From an uncultured virus (IMG/VR IMGVR_UViG_3300012919_001127) (Duplodnaviria > Heunggongvirae > Uroviricota > Caudoviricetes), in the IMG/VR virus record IMGVR_UViG_3300012919_001127, positions 1-64,000 of that record: DNA of 64,000 nt; one strand, written 5' to 3'. The position numbers and the translations under genes are program-made. The notes below the pieces were generated by a model that made no database searches, was not told the DNA's origin, and was given only the letters and a program-made list of their open reading frames with translations. How positions within the stretch are numbered: position 1 is the first letter of the stretch; every line of letters starts with the position of its first letter. Shown here piece by piece: positions 1 through 6,690 of this stretch.

Positions 1-1026
1 CAACTCAGTGATTCCATCTTTGAATGCTGGTCCTACGTTTCCTAATGCAACAAAAGTTCCTTCAAGATTTTCCTTGATAGCAGGATCAACTGCCGCCAAC
101 AAAGCCTGAACTCTTTTATCATTCATTTGTTCTCTCAATGCTTCAGCGGCCTGCTTTCTTGTCATACCTGTAATTTTTGAAAGTCTGTCTAACTGCATGA
201 TGTATTGATTTGTACCTGCGGCTAGTTGTTTTGCATTTCTGCCTTCAACTCCACCTCTCATCTTTTGCAGTTCTAAGTAATCATTTGTAAATTCTGCTAC
301 CTGTTCATTGCTTACACCAAGTGCATTCAAACCTTTAATGTTTGGTTGCATTTCTCTACTTAAATTTGTAAATGCCCTTGCACCAGCTGTTGCTCCTCCA
401 AACAATGCCGCAAGATTGTTAGATCCATCTGATAATGCTCCAGCAAATGTTTCAAGGTTAAATGATGTTTGTGTGGCCATTTTTTGTACTTCAAACAATC
501 CGCCACCAAAGTCAATACCAGCATCACTTAGATTTCTAAATGAATCTATACTCATGTCTATAAAATTGACCAATGATTGTACAGCACCTCCTAGCATAGG
601 TCCAAGTAAAGGTATTGTACTGATCAGTCCTGTGACGTGTTGTGAGAAATCACTGAGCCTATTTCCGCCCATTAATAATTCTTTGCCCAATGCTCCTATT
701 GAAGCACCTGCGTTGGTAAGTCCACCAATAAGCATACCACCAACCCTTGAAGCCATGTTGCCCAATTTTTTGAGTGCGCCTGTTGTATCTTTTCCAGCCT
801 GACCTAGACCTTTTGTTGCTTCAGTGGTTTGTTTTGTTGCTTTTGTTTGGGCCTTATTGGCTCCTATCATGCCCTTGGCATTGGCTCCATCAAAGGCACC
901 CTGAGCTCCACCCGTATTACCGCCCTGCCCAGAAATGGCCTTTAAAAGTAGCTGTAATGTGGCTTCTGAAGCGGCGTTTGACGTAACACCGTCCATTCCT
1001 CCGCCTTGATAAGTAACTTGAACCAT
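1..1026 (-). CDS. Tape-measure-like protein (5' part; runs off the left edge, absent from ORF track)
   Basis: ATG at 1026 reads MVQVTYQGGGMDGVTSNAASEATLQLLLKAISG...; the frame appears to stay open to the window edge. Ala/Gly-rich helical composition (SIDSFRNLSDAGIDFGGGL); next to tail/baseplate genes; ATAAATA late motif upstream. Confidence 0.65.
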   Translation of the reverse strand, partial: MVQVTYQGGGMDGVTSNAASEATLQLLLKAISGQGGNTGGAQGAFDGANAKGMIGANKAQTKATKQTTEATKGLGQAGKDTTGALKKLGNMASRVGGMLIGGLTNAGASIGALGKELLMGGNRLSDFSQHVTGLISTIPLLGPMLGGAVQSLVNFIDMSIDSFRNLSDAGIDFGGGLFEVQKMATQTSFNLETFAGALSDGSNNLAALFGGATAGARAFTNLSREMQPNIKGLNALGVSNEQVAEFTNDYLELQKMRGGVEGRNAKQLAAGTNQYIMQLDRLSKITGMTRKQAAEALREQMNDKRVQALLAAVDPAIKENLEGTFVALGNVGPAFKDGITEL

Positions 1027-1054
1027 ATATTAAAACCCGATATAACTCCAACTC

Positions 1055-1087
1055 ATAAATATTGCATATGAATACTTTATTATTTAT
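1055..1087. promoter_or_regulatory. Pair of T4-type late promoter motifs (ATAAATA + at 1055-1061; ATAAATA - at 1081-1087)
   Basis: Matches the core of the T4 late promoter TATAAATA, in the intergenic gap between divergent genes; gp55 is encoded in this window. Confidence 0.6.
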
Positions 1088-1099
1088 GCGGAGAAAATC

Positions 1100-1963
1100 A
1101 TGCCTAATGTAAAACAAACAGGACCTAATCCGTTACACAAATATTTCAGGCAACCTAAAATATATATCAACTTACCAAGTAATGGTAATTGGTATCCGGA
1201 AGGTGCTATTGAAAAAACGGAGAACAATGAATATCCAGTGTTTGCTATGACGGCCAAAGATGAACTTGCATTCAAAACACCAGATGCGTTGCTGAATGGA
1301 CAATCAGTTGTGACTGTTGTACAGAGCTGTGTTCCAAATATCAAAGATGCGTGGAATATGCCAACCATTGATGTAGATGCTTTACTAATCGCAATCAGAA
1401 TAGCAACATATGGTGAAAAACTTGAAATCAAAACTAAGGTGCCAGTAGCTGGTACTGATAGGGCTTTTGATCTTGATCTAAGAATGCTTTTAGACAAGTA
1501 TCAGAATGTCTCGTATGATTCAACAATGACAACTGGCAATTTGAAGATGACTTTGAAGCCTCAAACATATAGAGAGTTCACAAGAACTGCTATCAAGACG
1601 TTTGAAGAACAAAGGATCAATGCAGTTGTAAATGATCAAGAAATACCAGATGCAGAAAAATTAGAAAAGTTTGCACAGTCATTTAACAAACTAACAAACA
1701 TTACCATTGACATGGTATCTAATTCTATTGTACAGATTCAAGCTGATGACACAGTGGTTGTTGACAAGAATCACATCGCAGAATTTATTGCCAAAGGTGA
1801 TAAATCATTCTTTACTGATGTGGTTGATCATTTGTCAGCTCAAAAAGAAAAGTTTGATGTCAAACCTTTCAACATTGAAACCACAGCTGAAGAGCGTGAA
1901 GCTGGTGCACCTGAATCATTTGAAGTGCCTATTACGTTTGATCAATCAAATTTTTTCGCGTAA
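1100..1963 (+). CDS. Baseplate hub assembly / tail chaperone protein, T4 gp26-like
   Basis: YINLPSNG, MTAKDELAFKTPDALLNG, DVDALLIAIRIATYGE, C-terminal FF; GGAG RBS at 1090-1093. Confidence 0.7.
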   Translation: MPNVKQTGPNPLHKYFRQPKIYINLPSNGNWYPEGAIEKTENNEYPVFAMTAKDELAFKTPDALLNGQSVVTVVQSCVPNIKDAWNMPTIDVDALLIAIRIATYGEKLEIKTKVPVAGTDRAFDLDLRMLLDKYQNVSYDSTMTTGNLKMTLKPQTYREFTRTAIKTFEEQRINAVVNDQEIPDAEKLEKFAQSFNKLTNITIDMVSNSIVQIQADDTVVVDKNHIAEFIAKGDKSFFTDVVDHLSAQKEKFDVKPFNIETTAEEREAGAPESFEVPITFDQSNFFA

Positions 1964-2187
1964 GGATCTTAAGTAGGTCTCTCGAAGAGATCCTAAAAGA
2001 AGTTGAAAATTTAGATAACGAGACTAAAAACTTCAAGCTAGAACTTGCAAGACTATGCTGGTATATGCGTGGGGGTGTGACCCTTGACGAAATGTATGCA
2101 GTTGGTCCTGAGGATCGAGAGATATTCGCAAAACTTGTAAAAGAAAATCTAGAAACTGCTAAAAAGACAAATATGCCTTTCTTTTAG
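1951..2187 (+). CDS. gp51-like C-terminal extension, probably reached by a -1 frameshift from the gp26-like ORF
   Basis: -1 frame is open from 1942 to TAG 2185-2187 (RVRILSRSLEEILKEVENLD...LCWYMRGGVTLDEMY...KENLETAKKTNMPFF); no start codon until ATG 2065; slippery T TTT TTC at 1951-1957. Confidence 0.65.
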   Translation, partial: FFRVRILSRSLEEILKEVENLDNETKNFKLELARLCWYMRGGVTLDEMYAVGPEDREIFAKLVKENLETAKKTNMPFF

Positions 2188-4796
2188 GCTACTTGTTTTT
2201 GTGTAAGTTGTGCCTTAACGGCTTTTTGTAATCCAGCATCACTGATTTGACTTGCTAACGTAGGCAAGTCAATTTGCATTCCTGAACCAAGGTCTTTTCC
2301 AGTACCTGCACTTGCACCTGCTTTAGGTGGTTGACTTAATTGACTTTTAACTTGATCACCTATGCCAGCCTTTTTGATTTGATCAGCTAGTCCTGGTACA
2401 TCAACATCCATTCCTGTTGCTTGTTGTCCTTTGGCTGTGCCTGGTGGCTTAGGTTGTTTGCCGCCTATTGCAGTTTTACCTGCTGTGCCTGGTGGCTTAG
2501 GTTGCTTGTCACCTATTGCTTTTCCAATGCCGCTCTTAGGAGCATCAACTCCGTCTGCTGGTTTTGTTCCAGGCATCTGTATAACTTTGCCTGTCTTGTC
2601 GTCTTTGCCATCTTTGTTAGCATCAACTGGTTTTGCAGTAGCGTCAGTTGACTTTGGATCTTCACCTGGTTTTGCTGTTGCTCCGCCTGGTGTTGGTGCT
2701 TTAGGATCTTCTTCTCCTGCGTCTGGTTTTGCCGCTGGTTTCAAAGGTACCTTTGTGTTTGTTGCTATGGTACCGATGGATTCATCTGATAATCCTGCGT
2801 CAGATAAAATATTAACAATGGTTCCCATGTCTTTTGGTTTGCCCATCTTGGTCCAAGTCTTCATTAATTTTTCTTTGGTAATTTTGTTAGCTAATTGTTT
2901 TGCTCCGCTTTTAACTGCTCCTGCGGCTTTACCTACAGCACCTGAAACTTTTTCTCCTGCCTTGTCCATAGCATCACCAACCTTGTTGGCTCCTGCTTTT
3001 GCAAGTGCTTTCATTTTGTCTAACACCGGACCTTCTTCTAGGTTGTCTTCTAAGAAATCGTTGTAGTCTTCAACTATGCTGTTGTATTTTTCTATGTCTA
3101 TTGATTCTTCTTTTGCATCAGCCTTTTTATCGTCAGCTTTTTTATCGCCTGGTTTGACTTCCATGCCTGCTAATGCGCCGCCAAGTCCAACTGCCGCCGC
3201 GGCTTTAACAATATTTTGCGCCATATCGTCAACTGCTGTTTCCATTGATCCTGACGCTACGTTACTAAACACTTGTTTATATAATTCATCTCTTACATCA
3301 TCTGGTAAATTTTCTAAAGCCTTGTCTAGATTTTCTGTAAACGGATTAGCATCTACAAAAACACTTTTAATTTGGTAAACAGGATTTCCGTCTGCATCAA
3401 CACCTTCAATCATCGATTCAACAGTACCGCTGTATACAGTTCCGTCTGGTAATGTTTTACTAATAGTTGAGTTCCATGTTTGACCAACTTTAATATCATC
3501 CGGTACACCGTCGACTTGTATAGAATCACCAACAACAATTTCATTGGAGGCAGATATACTTGTACCCATCCATTCTTTTTGGGCTACTGCTCTTTCAAAT
3601 CCTTGTGCATTTTGTAATGCTTCAATATCTTCTTCTGTCAGACCAGCATCTAATAATTTTTGTGTGTTTTCAGTTATCCAGGCATTGTCTGGATAGTCTG
3701 CTGAATTTATTCCTGCGTCATTCAAATCATCTGCATCAAGTTTAGCAACAACTTCTGTATCAGTTGCATCTTCTATACCATCACCTGACACATCTGTAGT
3801 TTTTTGTATTTCAACATCTGTGCCTTCAATACCAAATTCGTCTTGCATGGAATCAATAGCCTGATTTAGGTTTCCGCCATCTTCTCCTGCAAGAGCAAAT
3901 ATCTTGTCGTTAACCTGTTTCAATTGACCTTGTAAAACTTCTTTTGCTTCTGCATCAAGATCAGTTGAACGCATCAATTCAGCCATTGCACTTCTTGATT
4001 GTATAAGTTCTTTGGCCGCATCAGCATCTAGGTCAGCCATGCTTGTTGCATCCATGCCGTCAAGTGCTGTTATGTCAATTTCGCCTGAAGCATCATTAAT
4101 GAATGTGTTTGTGATCTCTGGAGGTAACAGCTTGTCTAAAGCATCTCCTAATGCACCTGCCGCCGCACCAATTGCCGCACCTTTAACGGATTTAGCAACT
4201 GCTGTTGACAGTTGATCACCTTTCAATGTGTTACTTGCAAGTTTTAAAAAGAAACCAATTGCCGCACCAGATACAACACCACCACTTGCAAATGCAAGTA
4301 CAGAAGTCATTGCACCAATTACAAATGCCGCCTTGGCTGGATTTTCTTTTGCAAAGCCACCATAACCATCGACAACCTTGAGTATCTTTTGACCCATTGG
4401 GTTGCCTTGAAGTTTTGTTTTTAATTCTGCTTTTAGTTTTTCAAATTGTGCATCAAAGTTTTTTACAGGGCCACTGTTCTGTGCCGCTTTCAATAATTGA
4501 TCTATCTGTGCTTGTAATTTTTTTGCTTGATCGCCAACAACACCTGCGGCCTTGCCTAGTGCAGTTTTGTTGTCGCCACTTTGTACAGCAACTTTTTCTG
4601 CGTTTGTAAAGATGCCATCAATTTGTTTGTCAGTAAGTTCTGCTTCAAATAGTGTGTTGATGCTTTCAACTAATGGCCAAACATTCTTTTCCCATTTTCC
4701 AATATAAATGCGTTGTGCTTCTGTTAGCTCTTGCCAACCTTCCGCAAGTATTGTTTTTGATTTTAAATTATAAGATGTAACTTCACCTAGTTGCAT
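2184..4796 (-). CDS. Large hypothetical virion protein (probable internal head / ejection protein)
   Basis: 870 aa; acidic middle, hydrophobic Gly/Ala helices, Lys/Pro-rich repetitive C-terminus, LxE-type motifs; downstream of a TATAAATA promoter. Confidence 0.55.
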   Translation of the reverse strand: MQLGEVTSYNLKSKTILAEGWQELTEAQRIYIGKWEKNVWPLVESINTLFEAELTDKQIDGIFTNAEKVAVQSGDNKTALGKAAGVVGDQAKKLQAQIDQLLKAAQNSGPVKNFDAQFEKLKAELKTKLQGNPMGQKILKVVDGYGGFAKENPAKAAFVIGAMTSVLAFASGGVVSGAAIGFFLKLASNTLKGDQLSTAVAKSVKGAAIGAAAGALGDALDKLLPPEITNTFINDASGEIDITALDGMDATSMADLDADAAKELIQSRSAMAELMRSTDLDAEAKEVLQGQLKQVNDKIFALAGEDGGNLNQAIDSMQDEFGIEGTDVEIQKTTDVSGDGIEDATDTEVVAKLDADDLNDAGINSADYPDNAWITENTQKLLDAGLTEEDIEALQNAQGFERAVAQKEWMGTSISASNEIVVGDSIQVDGVPDDIKVGQTWNSTISKTLPDGTVYSGTVESMIEGVDADGNPVYQIKSVFVDANPFTENLDKALENLPDDVRDELYKQVFSNVASGSMETAVDDMAQNIVKAAAAVGLGGALAGMEVKPGDKKADDKKADAKEESIDIEKYNSIVEDYNDFLEDNLEEGPVLDKMKALAKAGANKVGDAMDKAGEKVSGAVGKAAGAVKSGAKQLANKITKEKLMKTWTKMGKPKDMGTIVNILSDAGLSDESIGTIATNTKVPLKPAAKPDAGEEDPKAPTPGGATAKPGEDPKSTDATAKPVDANKDGKDDKTGKVIQMPGTKPADGVDAPKSGIGKAIGDKQPKPPGTAGKTAIGGKQPKPPGTAKGQQATGMDVDVPGLADQIKKAGIGDQVKSQLSQPPKAGASAGTGKDLGSGMQIDLPTLASQISDAGLQKAVKAQLTQKQVA
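2434..2519. repeat. 48-bp-period tandem repeat (2 copies) encoding AIG(D/G)KQPKPPGTA
   Basis: gctgtgcctggtggcttaggttg at 2434 and 2482. Confidence 0.85.
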
Positions 4797-4805
4797 TAAA
4801 CTTCC

Positions 4806-5372
4806 TTACAATAATTTTACTAATTCTGCTTTTTGTTGTGCATTCAATCCGTCAAGAGCTTTTTGTATGTTTGCCGGAATAGTTGCACCACCTTTTGCTG
4901 GAGCCGCCGCTTGATCAGTACCTCCTGCTGGCTTGTCACCGCCACCGTATTTTTGTCCTAGTGTTTGCGGAGCTTCAGCATCAGTTCCTGCTTGGGCTTT
5001 TCCAAGATCACCTTTGAATGTGTCCTGTGCAGTTTTTTGTAATATATCATCAACCTGTTTAGGAGTAATCTGTCCTTGCAATCCTTTTAGTCTCGTGGTA
5101 GAAAGACCTTGTTTTTGCATGAAGTCCTGTAAGGCATTTACAGATGGTGCTTTAGGATTGCCACCTGTTTGTCCCATATATTGACGATATTGAGTGAATA
5201 TTTCTTTGGCACGTTTGTTTGCGTCAACTTTTCCAGTCATTCCAGCGGCGGTGCCTTTGGCACCCACGGCGCCAGCCACTTTTGCGCCTACTTTACGTGC
5301 TATGTTACCTATTGCACTACCACCAGGAGCTTCGTTAACTGCATCTGTGCTTGTTATTTGCGTTATTTTCAT
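4806..5372 (-). CDS. Hypothetical protein, probable internal head protein
   Basis: 188 aa, starts MKITQI...VNEAP; AGGAG RBS; exact late promoter upstream. Confidence 0.6.
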   Translation of the reverse strand: MKITQITSTDAVNEAPGGSAIGNIARKVGAKVAGAVGAKGTAAGMTGKVDANKRAKEIFTQYRQYMGQTGGNPKAPSVNALQDFMQKQGLSTTRLKGLQGQITPKQVDDILQKTAQDTFKGDLGKAQAGTDAEAPQTLGQKYGGGDKPAGGTDQAAAPAKGGATIPANIQKALDGLNAQQKAELVKLL

Positions 5373-5394
5373 GGTTTACTCTCCTGTTACTTTA

Positions 5395-5402
5395 TATTTA
5401 TA
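5395..5402 (-). promoter_or_regulatory. T4-type late promoter TATAAATA
   Basis: Exact TATAAATA on the - strand, about 22 nt upstream of the ATG at 5372. Confidence 0.75.
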
Positions 5403-5436
5403 CATAATTCATCGACTGTACCCCGTAAATATTGTA

Positions 5437-5631
5437 ATGCCTCAGACGAGATATAATGTTTTTGAGAAAGGCAACTCAGAACCCTTAACCCAATGTAGCG
5501 ATATGCACGAAGCGGATATTGTTATACAACAGTTAAAGGATGCCAATCCACACAAAGAATATGCAGTGGAACCTGTTGTTGTCTACGATAGTGATGCTTT
5601 TCGTTATGGACGCGATCCGGAATTGCATTAG
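5437..5631 (+). CDS. Small hypothetical protein (64 aa)
   Basis: Start moved to ATG 5437 (MPQTRYNVFEKG...) to avoid antisense overlap; TAAATA at 5426-5431 just upstream; terminator hairpin directly after the stop. Confidence 0.6.
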   Translation: MPQTRYNVFEKGNSEPLTQCSDMHEADIVIQQLKDANPHKEYAVEPVVVYDSDAFRYGRDPELH

Positions 5632-5632
5632 T

Positions 5633-5660
5633 AGTTGAGCTAAAGCTCAACTTTGTTTTC
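5633..5660. terminator. Intrinsic terminator hairpin, possibly bidirectional
   Basis: AGTTGAGC-TAAA-GCTCAACT perfect 8-bp stem followed by TTGTTTT on +, lying between converging transcripts. Confidence 0.7.
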
Positions 5661-6040
5661 GTTGTCACTCAAACAATTTTATTATATGAAATAAGTTGCG
5701 AAGCAACTGCTATCATGTAGATAGTTGAGCCATACTTCGCCCGTCTCCGGGCAAAGCAATGATGCCATCATGTAAGATGAGCTTACCATCTTAACTAAGA
5801 AGATTGCATTTCTGCATGGAGGCGGTAACCCGTCAACCCCCTACTTCAGCCTTCGCATAAGTTACGGAATATTAACACACCCTAGTTAAGCAAAGTGTGT
5901 TAACATTGTGGTTGCTTTTTCTCAGAGCCACGATCTTTTAATACCTAAGTTAGTATCAACCTTGCAACGCACCAGTTCCAGTCATAAGATCAGTATGACC
6001 TCAAGGTGAGTCGAGCTATCCCGACCAAACAATGTTGCTA
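5633..6040 (-). ncRNA. Candidate large structured non-coding RNA (~350-400 nt), family not recognised
   Basis: No ORF of 60 aa or more; GC-richer than flanks; about ten hairpins, GNRA tetraloops (GAGA, GAAA) and G-U wobbles mostly on the - strand; 10-bp loop pseudoknot. Confidence 0.6.
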
Positions 6041-6049
6041 TATAGAATT

Positions 6050-6472
6050 TTATTTTGCCTTGAGTGCTTCTTTAAGTAATTTAGATCCGCCTACTCTCAC
6101 GTTTATTATGCCATTGTAGTATTCATCTGTTTCTAACACTCTACGTTCAAACTGTTCTCTTGCCTCTAAGTAACTTGCTACGCCTCTGCTTGGACAATAA
6201 TGTAATATTTCTCTTGTGAATTTTTCTTCGCCTAGTTTTTCTACGTCTGATTGCAAATGATCTGATGATCCCCAGTAGTCACGCCAGTCACTTTCAACTT
6301 TGCTTCTACGTTTGTTTATCTTACCCTTGAGAGGTGGGCGTGTCTTTCTGAATTTTGCTAGTTTTTTGCCGACATATTTCATACCGTTGGTTGTATTTGT
6401 GATCAAATACACAAATGCTTCACAGTCTTCAGGTAAGTTTTCTACGGTTTTTCCTTGATATGTCCAGTGCAT
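6050..6472 (-). CDS. Stand-alone GIY-YIG family endonuclease
   Basis: AFVYLITNTTNGMKYVGKK (GIY-YIG motif), YWGSS, YLEAREQF (catalytic Glu), YYNG; no C-terminal DNA-binding module. Confidence 0.8.
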   Translation of the reverse strand: MHWTYQGKTVENLPEDCEAFVYLITNTTNGMKYVGKKLAKFRKTRPPLKGKINKRRSKVESDWRDYWGSSDHLQSDVEKLGEEKFTREILHYCPSRGVASYLEAREQFERRVLETDEYYNGIINVRVGGSKLLKEALKAK

Positions 6473-6489
6473 TATAAAGATACTTACAC

Positions 6490-6690
6490 TTAATCTTTAT
6501 TTGGATCTTCTTTTTTGGCTTTGTAGTCGTCTATTATTTCTTTTCTTCGGTCAGTAGCAAGTCTACGTATCTCGCTTAACCATTTTCTAGCAGAACGTTT
6601 AGTGCGTTCGCTCTTGCGTATTTCCCAGGCTTCGTTAGCCTTATAGTATTCTAGATATGCTTTTGTTAACTTGTCGTGTGTATCGTCCAT
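6490..6690 (-). CDS. Small basic helical protein, histone-H1-like (Hc1-type) candidate
   Basis: 66 aa; ARKWLSEIRRLATDRRKEI resembles the RARKxxxELxKLxKxxRKE pattern of Hc1-like proteins. Confidence 0.45.
   Translation of the reverse strand: MDDTHDKLTKAYLEYYKANEAWEIRKSERTKRSARKWLSEIRRLATDRRKEIIDDYKAKKEDPNKD

Noticed and set aside
308..1497. ORF-track entries 308-802, 774-986, 917-1117 and 1084-1497
   Set aside because: Antisense or off-frame shadows of the tape-measure-like and gp26-like genes, with no recognisable motifs.
1707..1976. +1-frame ORF overlapping the end of the gp26-like gene as a frameshift partner
   Set aside because: It stops at 1976, only 13 nt past the main stop; the -1 frame is the one with a slippery site and a long extension.
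5194..5436. N-terminal 81 codons of the 145-aa + strand ORF
   Set aside because: Antisense to the 188-aa gene; ATG 5437 after TAAATA is the more plausible start.
5633..6472. Group I/II intron with homing endonuclease, tmRNA, RNase P RNA or tRNA as the identity of the structured region
   Set aside because: No interrupted host gene flanks it, and I could not find a group I P7/J8-7 core, group II domain V, tmRNA/tRNA ends or the RNase P GAGGAAAGUCC motif by eye. A covariance search is still needed.
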